Assembly: GCA_044892525.1 (NCBI GenBank)
Contig: CM097885.1
Location: 992,001 to 1,056,000, forward strand
Origin: Schmidtea polychroa
Lineage: Eukaryota
Length of the DNA stretch: 64,000 nucleotides
Direction: 5' to 3'
Shown piece after piece: positions 14,601 through 26,658 of the stretch. Every line of letters starts with the position of its first letter. Position 1 is the stretch's first letter. The notes beneath the pieces were generated by a model. It did no database searches, was not told where the DNA came from, and saw only the letters and a program-made list of their open reading frames with translations. Made by a program: the position numbers and the translations under genes.

Positions 14601-15870
14601 AAATTAATTTTTTTTAATGACTGTTAGGTTAATAATTAAGTAATTGGTTTAATTTTAGATGACTTTGTAATGCATTTGACTAAATAATTTTTTTCAATAA
14701 TCTTCTAAGAATATTAACACATTGATGAACTTTTTTAAAAAAAACATAAGCTAAGAAACCAGTTAACCTTATAAAGAACTTTAAATTTACTTGATAATTT
14801 ACAGAAATAATATACAAAATTTAATTTACAGAAATAATTTACAAAATAATAATACAGAAATTTATGATTAAGTTTGCTTTTATGAACAATCAATATATAT
14901 CATCTCTAGTTAGGTATTTGATAGGTGAAATATTTGTAGTAAATAATAAGTTTATTATGTCTTTGTTACATAACTCGACTTTAGCGTCAAAATGTGTTTT
15001 TAAAATAAATTTTAATTTTAAAATACGGCAATGTAATATATTAATTTTTTCCTAACCTTCCTTGATTTTGATTGGTTAGAATTTGTTATTATAACCAATA
15101 ATAATCTATAAACAATAATCAATCATTAGTCACATTTAACAAATAATTAACCTTTAAAAATGAATTCTTTAATAGAAAACGTTATGAATGTTCGAGAAAA
15201 AATTCAGGAATTTGGTAAATTTTAATTTATTTATTAATTAATTTAGATAATATTAATGATGACAATTTAAAATCTTTTATTTTTTCTTAAATTTTACATT
15301 TACATTATATTCTAAAAAGAGAGTTAATTATAACAATAATATTTCAATTTGTATAAAATTTTAATTAGTAATTATTCAATTTGAATAAAATATTTATTAG
15401 AAATTATTTAATTTATTATAAAATAAAACGCTGTGTTAATTTTAAATAAACTGGATATTAATTTTTTGGAAAAAATAAATAAATAAAATAGTCTAAAAGA
15501 TTAAATTATGGTCTAAAATTTAAAATTTAAAAATTGAAAATTGAAAATTAAAAACTAAACTAATCAAACTAAATCAAACGCTATAACCTTAATTCAAGAA
15601 TTCACTAAAGTAGATCAGAAGATATTAATTATCAAAATGTAACAAAGACTCTGAAATTCATCAATTTCATCTAATGACCTGGTGATATTCAATACCATTC
15701 TCAAGAATGCTAAAGTCGGGAATTCTTTGAATTTAACAATTTCATCTAACTATCCGGCGATATTCGATCCGATTCTATAAAGTATTTATCTTTGTAGTTG
15801 AATAAAAGTTTATTGTTGATTATAGTTTATCATTAATTATTTTTTTGTTAGGGGTGTTAAAGAAAATACT

Positions 15871-16293
15871 TGACTGATTCATTTTTCTCAGATAAAATTT
15901 GTTCTGTAATCGGGAAATTCAAGGATGAGAATAAAGGAAATCAATATAAAGAATGGGTGTTTCTTCGTCCCAAGTGCTACTCACTCCAAGGCGATAAAAC
16001 ACTCTAAAAGCCAAAGGAATAAGACTTACAAATTCTAATATCACCCATGAAGCTTATAAAAAAAGTGTATACTGATGGTGGAACAGTGAGCATCCCATTA
16101 AAAAAGAATAGGAAGTGTCAATCATCAGTTGTATACTTTCATGACAGAAAAACGAGCTCTCCAATGTTTGGACGATAAAAGGCATTGGTACAATTGTAAT
16201 GAAAGCTATGCCTACGGTCACTATAAGATTCGTCACATGCATATTGCAACTTCTATGTCTAGAAATGAATGCAAATCGAAACAAGGACTTTAA
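15871..16293 (+). pseudogene. pPolB C-terminal fragment (unit 4)
   Basis: Near-identical to 2035-2457. Confidence 0.9.
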
Positions 16294-19200
16294 CAATTAA
16301 ATTTATGTGAATAATAAAATATATATTGTGAATTATTTGACTTCGTTAATTAAAATATGTTTTATCATTTAATAATTCATTTGTCCAAATAATTTAGATA
16401 ATTAGTTTTAGGTAAGAATTATTATTTATCATGAAAAACTTTGCTTTGTTTTGAAAAATTAATGCCCATTTTATTTTAAATTAACACAGCTTTATTTTAT
16501 GATAATTACTAATTAAAATTTTATTCAAATTGAAATATTATTGTTACAATTTACACTTCTGTTAGAATATATTAAATGTAAATGTAAAATAATAACAATA
16601 AAAAAAACATAATAATAATAATAAATAAATAAAAATTAAATTAAAAAAAAAATTAATTAAATAACGTAAGTAATTAAAATAAAATATTAATAAATAATTA
16701 ATAAATTAAATGTAATAAATTGAAAATTAACTAAAGTAATTAATTAAAACAAAAAACATAATAAAATAATTAATTAATAAATTTAAAAAAAAAATTAAAT
16801 AGTAGTAATTAAATAAATTTTAAAAAAAAATAAATAGAAATGATTCTATTGACATATATTTGACCTGGACATTGGGATGACATTGAAAGTGTCCTGGAGT
16901 CCTCACTATATACTACTAATTATAATCATAATTTTCTTTAATTTAACCCTTTATTTACTTAATTTAGCCCTTGTTTACCGAATATAGAAGTTTAAAATAT
17001 AGACCATTGATTACATTAATTTAAAAATGTATCCCTTAATTTACATAATTTCCATCTAAAATTATTTCAAAAAAATTTTTTTTCTAAAATTGTCATTGAA
17101 AAATATTTCATAAAAGTTTTCATTTAAAATTTTCATTGAAAAATATTTCATAAAAATTTTTTTTAAAAATTATCTTAAAAATTATTCCAATAAAATTTTC
17201 ATTAAAAAATTTCAATTCTCAAACACCTTCTATTATTTTGTTAATAAATTTAAAATCTTACTTTAATTTGCTTATTACATTACTTATTTAAAAATTATTA
17301 CTTTAATTTACTTATTTAAAATATTTGACCATTGATTACTTAATTTAAAAATTTGGACCTTAATTAACTTTAATTTAATTTTTAGAACCTTAATTTACTT
17401 TAATTTTAAATTTTGACCCTTAATTAACTTTAATTCAAAATTTGGACATTAATTGAAAATTTTAGACCATACTTTTCCATAAAATTGTCATTGAAAAAAT
17501 TTTCATTTCTCAGGCGCCGTTTAGTAGGTGGTTAGGAGCCCGCTTCAAATGCAAGCCGTTTTTTTGCTGCAACATTTGATTGCGCAATTGTTGGAACTTG
17601 TTTTTTTTTCTATTGAAAATACTAGAAAAAAAAAATAATCGTAGCTTACTGTACAACAAAAAAAATGAGTTGCAACAATTGCGTAATCAAAATTTGCAGC
17701 AAAAAAAAAGTTGCCGCAGACCCCCCCCCCCCCCCTAAAATTTTCAATTAAGGTCTAAAATTTTCAATTAAGTAATTAAAGTCTAAATTTCTCAATTACA
17801 GTAAATTATGGTTCTAAAAAATTAAATTACAGTAAATTATGGTCCAAATTTTCAAAAACAGTAAATTATGGTATATATTTTAAAACTTAAGTAAATTAAG
17901 GTCTAAAATTTAAAAGTAAAGTAAATTTCAATTAAGTAAAGTAAGGTCTAAAATTTTCAATTAAGGTCTAAAATTTTCAATTAAAGTAAATTAAGGTACA
18001 AATTTTGAATTAAAGTTAATTAAGGGTCAAAATTTAAAATTAAAGTAAATTAAGGTTCTAAAAAATTAAATTAAAGTTAATTAAGGTCCAAATTTTTAAA
18101 TTAAGTAATCAATGGTCAAATATTTTAAATAAGTAAATTAAAGTAATAATTTTTAAATAAGTAATGTAATAAGCAAATTAAAGTAAGATTTTAAATTTAT
18201 TAACAAAATAATAGAAGGTGTTTGAGAATTGAAATTTTTTAATGAAAATTTTTATGAAATATTTTTCAATGACAATTTTAGAAAAAAAAATTTTTTGAAA
18301 TAATTTTAGATGGAAATTATTTAAATTAAGGGATACATTTTTAAATTAAAGTAATCAATGATCTATATTTTAAACTTCTATATTCGGTAAACAAGGACTA
18401 AATTAAGTAAATAAAGGGTTAAATTAAAGAAAATTATGATTATAATTATAATTAGATTTAAAGAATAATTACCTTTTCATATTACACTACAGTGTTAATT
18501 CTTACCATTTTAGAATAATATTTTTTATCAAAGTTCTTATCTTGATTTATTTAATTTTAATTGAAAGTAATGACGAAATAGAACGTGTTGTCTTCAATTT
18601 TAATGAATTAATTTGAAATATTATTTAGATAAATATTTGTGTTTAAGGTATTCCTTAGTAATATTTTTTTTAGAGTTGATGGTTTTTGTGAATTTTTATC
18701 ATTTTCATGAATTTCATGTGGATAGAATGAATATTTAAAAATTTTAAGTTAGTTCTAAGATAAATTTAATTAATTTCTTGATAATTGGATGCATTTTTAT
18801 TGATTGGTTTTTTAATTTTAAATAAAAATTATTTTTAATGACAGTTAGGTTAATAATCACGTGATAGGATATGACTTTGTAATAATATTTTTTTTCATAT
18901 ATTTTCTAAGAATTTCATGTAGATTTATTTAAAAATTTAAAGTTTTAATGACGATTTTATTTGAATTTCTTGATAATTTGTTAAATTTTAAATAAAAATT
19001 AATTTTTTTTAATGACTGTTAGGTTAATAATTAAGTAATTGGTTTAATTTTAGATGACTTTGTAATGCATTTGACTAAATAATTTTTTTCAATAATCTTC
19101 TAAGAATATTAACACATTGATGAACTTTTTTAAAAAAAACATAAGCTAAGAAACCAGTTAACCTTATAAAGAACTTTAAATTTACTTGATAATTTACAGA

Positions 19201-19616
19201 AATAATATACAAAATTTAATTTACAGAAATAATTTACAAAATAATAATACAGAAATTTATGATTAAGTTTGCTTTTATGAACAATCAATATATATCATCT
19301 CTAGTTAGGTATTTGATAGGTGAAATATTTGTAGTAAATAATAAGTTTATTATGTCTTTGTTACATAACTCGACTTTAGCGTCAAAATGTGTTTTTAAAA
19401 TAAATTTTAATTTTAAAATACGGCAATGTAATATATTAATTTTTTCCTAACCTTCCTTGATTTTGATTGGTTAGAATTTGTTACTATAAACAATAATAAT
19501 CTATAAACAATAATCAATCATTAGTCACATTTAACAAATAATTAACCTTTAAAAATGAATTCTTTAATAGAAAACGTTATGAATGTTCGAGAAAAAATTC
19601 AGGAATTTGGTAAATT

Positions 19617-20900
19617 TATATTTAATCCATCCCAAGAATCAAAGGAAGTGAATAATCCATCATTGGATTCAACAACCAATCGGACCTGGGATTCAACAAA
19701 AGGCAATCCGACCTGGGATTCAACAACCAATCCATCATTGGATTCAACAAAAGGCAATCCGACCTGGGATTCAACAAAAGACAATCCGTCCTGGAATTCA
19801 ACCTCTAATCCGACCTGGGATTCAAAAGAAGAAGTATCTAATTTAATTTTTTTATTTGTATTATTTTTTTCTATAGTTGATGGTCTTTTAAAAACACTAT
19901 CTTTTTTAAAATTAAACCTATCTAAATGATTTTTATGTTTATTATAAAAAACGCTATATGTTACAGGGTCACTAGTCTTACATACGGGACATATAAAATA
20001 AGTTTTATTATAATATTTTTTCGTGTAATAATTCTCCATTATAGAAATGGCAATTATTATCATGTTCTTTCGATGAACAATAATTTGGATAAAGTATACC
20101 TATAAAATAAAAATTTAAATAACGTCATCGATATCGATATCATATTCTCCAAAATCTTCTCCAACATCTTCAATAAATTCTTCCTTATCTTCTCCAACAT
20201 TTTCATCAAATTCATCTCCAACAATTTCTCCAACATTTTCTCCAACAATTTCTCCAACATTTTCTCCAATATTTAATTCACTTAATCTTACATGCCTATA
20301 TGCAAGACTAGTATTTTTCCCCACCCAAACCCTTTTGTCATCTTTGTTAGTTAGTGCTATTTTATTATTTTTAATTGTAAAAATTTGATGATTTTTGTTT
20401 GTTAATTTTGTTTGAGGAATCGAAAAAATTTGATTAGTTTTATAACAATCCAGGTATGACTGATGTTTTATGTCACTACCTTTCAATGTTACACCTTTAG
20501 CCTTTTTTGTTTCTTCATCACCCAACAAGCTATAACACTTGGGTCTAAGAAAAACCCATTCCTTATATTTAAGACCTTTATTCTCGTCTTTGAACTATCC
20601 AATGACAGAATCAAGGTTCTTACTATATAACGAATGACAACTTTTGTAATCGAAGTATGTAATAAATTATCTCGAATCATTGCAGGTAAAAGAACCTCAA
20701 GTTTACAGTTAATGACTTCGAGTAAAAAAGAGTCTGTATCACCTGCAACGATATTAATTTTATTAACAAATTGATAAAAATCAATGAATCTTAAGCTTAT
20801 TTTGCCTAAATGCGCAATCAAAGAAATAAATTTTTCAGTCGTGATTGGGATGCAACCTAAAGTCCAATTTTTAAATTTGTTTAAACCATATTTAAGAATA
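19617..20900 (-). pseudogene. Rearranged lineage-B pPolB fragments (deleted core plus acidic tail fused to the N-terminal exon of another copy)
   Basis: Contains GDTDS, FLRPKCYS and KAKGV motifs, GENVGEIV repeats and the CPVC/ESQVGL N-terminus. It duplicates 32521-33830. Confidence 0.9.
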
Positions 20901-20929
20901 AAATTTTATGTATCCTTTCCTTTGTTGTT

Positions 20930-21110
20930 GTGATTATTATTATTATTATTAATATTATTATTATTATTATTATTAATATTATTATTATTAATATTATTAT
21001 TATTAATATTATTAATATTATTATTATTATTATTAATATTATTATTATTGTGAAAAATATTATTATTTTTAATTAATTTTATTATTATTCGAATAAATAT
21101 TATTATTTGT
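20930..21110. repeat. (ATT)n-rich microsatellite
   Basis: Seen directly in the sequence. Confidence 0.9.
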
Positions 21111-21387
21111 AACATAAAGACTGCCTTTGCCTGAAGCATGCACAGTGCAAGTTAACAAAGGCATGACTAACAAAGACAGTCACATGTAATTTTGAGTGAT
21201 TTACATTACATGCATGCATGCGTGTGATTGGTTGAGAGAGTAAAATATTCAATGTATATGTGTGTGTGTCTATATTCTCATTGGCTGGGACAGGAAAATA
21301 TTCATTCTCTTTATAAACATTGACAAATCTAAAATTTGTCACAATTATTTTGAAATTTTGAAAATCAATTTGAAAAAAAAAACCAAA

Positions 21388-22720
21388 ATGGAAACCAACA
21401 ATAATAATAATAATCGAGTATTGAGAGGTCTTTTGACTAACGGTAAATTATTATTATTTTTATTCGATTTTTATTATATTTTATTTTAGGACCGTTCGAC
21501 TGGTATGAAGTTACCGAAAACGATGCCATTTTAAATGTGGAAAATATCTTTGGTAAATTTAATATTTTAATTTTTATTAAATTAATTTTCATTACAGAAA
21601 ATGATAATAGCGACGATGATGTCGTTTTTCTTGGTCAAACGGCTGCCCCAGTTATTGATGTTGGGCAAAACAATGTTTTCAAAGAAAAAAGTACATTTAT
21701 TTTATTTTAATTTTTATTAAATTAATTTTCATTACAGAAAATGAAAATAGCGACGATGATGTCGTTTTTCTTGGACAAAGTGATGCCCCAGTTAATGATG
21801 TTGGGCAAAACAAGGTTATCAAAAAAAAAAGTAAATTTATTTTACTTTAGTAATTTATTTTTAAAAATTTTATTTTTTAGCGTTTAATGTTTCAAATGCC
21901 CCTTATTTCAATGTCGACATCGATGAAGACGAAAATAATAATAGTATGGAAGATTTTATGGAAAATGACTCTTCAAAGGTATCGGAAAATGAGTCTTCTG
22001 ATGTGGTGGACCGAATTCCTCATGACTCTTCGGAGGATGATTCTGACATTGAATCACAATGTAAGATATATTTATTTATTTTATATATATATATATTTTT
22101 TTTGATATTAAAATTTCGTAAACACTTTTTTAAATATTTTTGATAAAAATTTCTTTAATTTTTTGATGAAAATTTCTTAAATATTTTGATGAACCTTATG
22201 ATCAAACTTATGAAGAAAATGAATTATGAATTTATGAAGAAAATGATTTATGCCCAAATTATGAAGAAAATGATTTATGCCCAAATTATGATGATTTATG
22301 ATTTATGCCCAAATTATGAAGAAAATGATTTATGCCCAAATTATGATGATTTATGATTTATGCCAAAATTATGAAGAAAATGATTTATGCCCAAATTATG
22401 ATGATTTATGATTTATGCCCAAATTATGATTTATGATGAAAATGATTTATGATTTACGAAGAAAATGATTTATGCCCAAATTATGATGATTTATGATTTA
22501 TGACCAAAATTATGATGAAAATTATGATGAAAATGATTTATGACCAAAATTATGATGAAAATATGACCAAAATTATGATGAAAATGATGAAAATATGACG
22601 AAAATTATGAAGAAAATACTATGTTTTTGAAATATAATCAAAGTATTTAAAAAAGTGATTACAAAATTATAGTTATAAAATAAATCCTTGTAGTTTGCAA
22701 TGTGCATCTACAATAGTTAA

Positions 22721-22781
<61 letters not shown>

Positions 22782-23150
22782 TTAATAATAATAATATTAT
22801 TAATAATGTAGTCTACAGTAAGCATGTAGCTACATAGTAGTCTGCAGTGGGCATGCAGCTACTTCTCTTTAATATAAATAATAATAATGTAGTCTACAGT
22901 AAGCATGTAGCTACATAGTAGTCTGCAGTGGGCATGCAGCTACTTCTCTTTAATATAAATAATAATGTATTCTACAGTAAGCATGTAGCTACATAGTAGT
23001 CTGCAGTGGGCATGCAGCTACTTCTATTTAATATAATAATAATATAATAATAATAATAATAATATAAATAATCTGACCCTTCTACTGTAGTCTGCAGTGA
23101 GCATGCAGCTACATAGTAGTCTGCAGTGAGCATGCAGCTACTTCTCTTCA

Positions 23151-23238
<88 letters not shown>

Positions 23239-25421
23239 CTGACTCGTCTAATATTAAACATATTCATATAATAATCTGACCTATCTACTAAAATCTCTCT
23301 AATATTCTCTCGAATATATTAACCTATTTTCTATAAGGATTTATCATCATTTGTTATATAGTTCATTTGAATTAAATAACAAATGATGATAAATCCTTAT
23401 AGATGTAACAATTAATAACAATTAGAAAAAGAATAAAACTTTAATTTTATTATTTAACAGGTAGACTATATCCGAACTATTGTCAAACATCAATTGGACA
23501 TAGCGATAAATGTCATCGAACAATGAAAAAGTATTATAGAAAGACGTTTAATTCGCTCAACTTTTTTATATGCCCCAAATGTGTAACGAGCGAAAAAATA
23601 AAATATAGGGAATTTTTTAATAAACATCATAGTCACTTAGGGCAATTTTCGATATCAAAAAATGTTTTATTTAAAAAAATAAATAAAAAAAAATTACAAA
23701 AAAATTTATCAAAAAATTTACCAAAAAATACTATTAAAAAAGATATAAAAAAAGATATTAAAAAAGATTTAAAAAATATTAAAAAAAATATTATAAAAGA
23801 AAAAACAGATTCTATTAAAAAAGATGCTATTATTATTAAAAAAGATACTATAAATATTATTAAAAAAGATATTATAAATATTAAAAAAGATTCTATTAAA
23901 AGACCTGCTGGTTTAATTAAAAATTGCATTCCTAATAAATTATCGCGACCTGAAGTGATAGTCATCAGCAAAGATGAATGTGTAGCTTCAACATCGTTCA
24001 CACAGCATGCACCCTCTACACAACAAGCACCCTCTACACAACAAGCACCCTCTACACAACAAGAAGTGATAGTCATCAATGATGAATGTGTAGCTTCAAC
24101 GTCTTTCAACATATGTCAAATAGGCGGCTCTTTGTTTGAACCTATGGTAGAATCCGATTTGAACGGATCGCGTAAAACTTTAAAATTTGATATTAGAAAT
24201 CAAAACTTAGTAAAAATAGCCCTAACATCAAAAATTGAAGATAGATTAATAGAGGAAATAGAAAAGATGGGCAATGTAAAAATTCAATTCACAATTTTAA
24301 TTAAATTTGAAAAAGATGGGGAGATCCGGGATAATTATTTTTCAAACAATGCTCAAGTTTTTACATCAAACTTTATAAACGAGGGGGTGAGCAAATTAAA
24401 TGAAAAGATTGAGCAATTCACCTATTTAGGAAGCGGGTGGCGAGTAATGAATATTTTAGAAATAGATTTTATTTTAACGAAATACGCACCCGTTAGTAGA
24501 TTATCCGGACATAGCTATATAAAAACCCCATCAGCATTAAAATTAAAACATGCAATAATTAATGTTAAAAACAACGACCATAAGTGCTTCTTGTATAGCA
24601 TTCTTGCACTTTTAAAAAGAGAAGAAATAGGTCGTAATCACCAAAGAGCCGCTAAATATATAGAATTTTTACCTCTATTAAATTATGACGAAGACAGCGA
24701 TTGCCCGATGAGGCTATGCAACATTCCCAAATTTGAAAGAAAAAATAGAGATTTAAACTTGAGCATAAACGTTCTGTCTTATAATCCAGCCAGTTCTGAT
24801 TTAGATATTTCTGAGGATTATGTAGCTCACCACCCTCATCTTAATATAGTACATCGCTCCAAGGTTATAGACGGTAGACCAATTTATTTATTACTTTTGA
24901 GTAATAAAGATAAATATCATTATACAGCCGTGACAGACTTGGACAAATTAATGAATTGTCATGAAAATGAAAATGTAAATGTTCAAATAAAGTGTAACTG
25001 GTGCCCACATTGCTTAAATGGCTTTAGATATAAGAATGCTTTCGATCAGCATGTTGCTCTATGCTGTAAAAATCAGACTGGCACAACTTTGTATACACTT
25101 CCTAAAAATAAAGATTTATTATTCACAGATTACGCAAAAACCGTTACACCTCCCTTCGTAATTTATGCCGATTTTGAATCGGTTTTACCAGAACATGAAA
25201 CATATCATCAAATACATTTACCCATATCAGCAGGTCTTTTATTAATTAATAATTATACACACACTAAATTTTATTATTATTTTTTTGGACCTAATTGTAT
25301 TTTGGATTTTTTGAGGAAAGTGGAGGAAATTGCTGTCACAATTGTCCTGCCATATTACGAACTTGAAGGTCATAAAGGCATGTCCGATGATTTAATGAAC
25401 TCGTGCTCAATTTATATATAA
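21388..25421 (+). CDS. Spliced pPolB N-terminal gene (lineage A), ending shortly after the first exonuclease motif; exons 21388-21442, 21490-21552, 21598-21690, 21738-21830, 21881-22060, 23461-25421
   Basis: The 632 aa ORF has Polinton-type pPolB motifs: LGSGW, SGHSYIKTP..IINVKNNDHKCFLYSILA, HY, CPHCLNGF..H..C and PPFVIYADFES. The upstream exons are joined by five phase-1 GT-AG introns (47, 45, 47, 50, 1400 nt) that keep the frame open. The pPolB identity is strong; the exon model is inferred. Confidence 0.85.
22190..22620. repeat. Degenerate minisatellite (TATGAAGAAAATGATTTATGCCCAAAT-like) in the predicted long intron
   Basis: Direct tandem repetition. Confidence 0.85.
22721..23238. repeat. 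(AAT)n tracts flanking four ~60 bp palindrome-rich repeats (22806-23146)
   Basis: Unit ATGTAGTCTACAGTAAGCATGTAGCTACATAGTAGTCTGCAGTGGGCATGCAGCTACTTCT, four copies. Confidence 0.9.
23330..23403. other. Perfect 28 bp-stem hairpin with an 18 nt partly paired loop
   Basis: TCTATAAGGATTTATCATCATTTGTTAT (23330-23357) is the exact reverse complement of 23376-23403. Confidence 0.9.
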
Positions 25422-25448
25422 AGACTAATTTTCATAAATGATTTAATA

Positions 25449-25886
25449 ATGTTAGCAAATATAAATTATCGAGGAAATTTTGATGTATCGAATATGAGGT
25501 TCCCACCAGGGAAACCCCAGCAAATTATCGATAGAAGTGGGAAATATCCGATAATATTTTTCAAGACTGGTAAATGCCGAATCATGGGATGTAAGAAACC
25601 TTTGGATATTAATAAATTACAATATCGAATAAATAATATTACAATCCAATCAATTACCGTTACTATGGATATGGGACATAGTATCAATCTATATAACATG
25701 TCGAAAAAATGTGATTGTATGTTTGAACCGGAATTGTTTCCGGCACTAAGACTATTAAAATATAACCCTATATGTGTCAACGTGTTTGCTAGTGGAAATG
25801 TTGTCATGTTGGGGTTGAGAAATTTGGAGTATAGAGAATTTGTTGACAATGTTCGAAATGAGATAATTTCATTGGTCGATTTCTAA
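25449..25886 (+). CDS. Divergent TATA-box-binding protein (TBP)-like protein, 145 aa
   Basis: Two TBP-repeat signatures: IIFFKTGKCRIMGCK (cf. LIFSSGKMVCTGAK) and FEPELFPAL...VNVFASGNVVMLG (cf. YEPELFPGL...LIFVSGKVVLTG). TATATATAAA lies just upstream at 25413. Confidence 0.88.
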   Translation: MLANINYRGNFDVSNMRFPPGKPQQIIDRSGKYPIIFFKTGKCRIMGCKKPLDINKLQYRINNITIQSITVTMDMGHSINLYNMSKKCDCMFEPELFPALRLLKYNPICVNVFASGNVVMLGLRNLEYREFVDNVRNEIISLVDF

Positions 25887-25963
25887 TTGGTTAATTTCTT
25901 ATTGGTTATTGATTGATTTAAACAAACGGTTTTTGTTTAGAATTCATTTTTTTTTTCAACATC

Positions 25964-26318
25964 ATGTACAAATTACCAAGCTCTGCAAACCTCATGAAGG
26001 ATATCGACGATTACGGTAAATTTTAAATTTTTATTTTCACATTATTTACTATTTATTATTTTAGAAAAATATTTAGATGTAATGATCAATACACTCAAAT
26101 ACTATTATCCTCAAATTATTGAAATCATCAAGGATCGAGAAGCAGAAATAATTCCGGACCTCATTTTCTACTCAACCCAAATAAGAATTATGGAGGTATT
26201 CCATCAATTCTTATGGGATATAAAGATTAACAGAACAGTGAAAGAAATGAAGCCGGAATATCAATGTATGTTCGGATGTTCCTGCTGTGCCGATCGATAT
26301 CGGCGATATGTGGAATGA
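25964..26318 (+). CDS. Hypothetical 101 aa protein with Cys-rich C-terminus; exons 25964-26015 and 26065-26318
   Basis: A 49 nt phase-1 GT-AG intron joins MYKLPSSANLMKDIDDY in frame to the 78 aa ORF ending CMFGCSCCADRYRRYVE. ATTGG boxes lie upstream and AATAAA downstream. Confidence 0.7.
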
Positions 26319-26658
26319 AAGTTAGTGAAAACTCTGAGAAGGTTTCACTACTCCCGGATTGTAGATAAATATCAATAAATGTATTTTTGTATTGAGTTTT
26401 TTTTTTATATTTGATGTAGAATTAGAAATAATAATAATAATAATAATAATATAAATAATAGAATTAGAAATAATAATAATAGAAGTAATGATAGTAATAA
26501 TAAAACATTAATAATATGTACATTAATAGAACATAAATGCAGCATTAATGCAAATGAAATGCAAATTTAAACAAAGACATACTGTAATCTGATTGGTTGA
26601 TAGGCATGAGTCAAAGGTATAAAAACCCTGTAACATTTAAATTTATTCATTATTCACG

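Larger units (their letters stand above)
1..19616. repeat. Tandem array of ~4.6 kb units (about 4.2 copies) built from Polinton-like ends and pPolB remnants
   Basis: The same landmark ORF recurs at 1011, 5632, 10257, 14864 and 19259 (periods 4621, 4625, 4607, 4395). Units differ only by scattered SNPs and small indels; the last lacks one copy of an internal ~210 bp duplication. The array starts before the window. Confidence 0.97.

Noticed and set aside
19555..19929. 124 aa ORF with WDST repeats (also 32552-32857 and 55867-56277)
   Set aside because: It is an antisense reading of the pPolB-B VNTR. At 19555 it is exon 1 read through a rearrangement junction.
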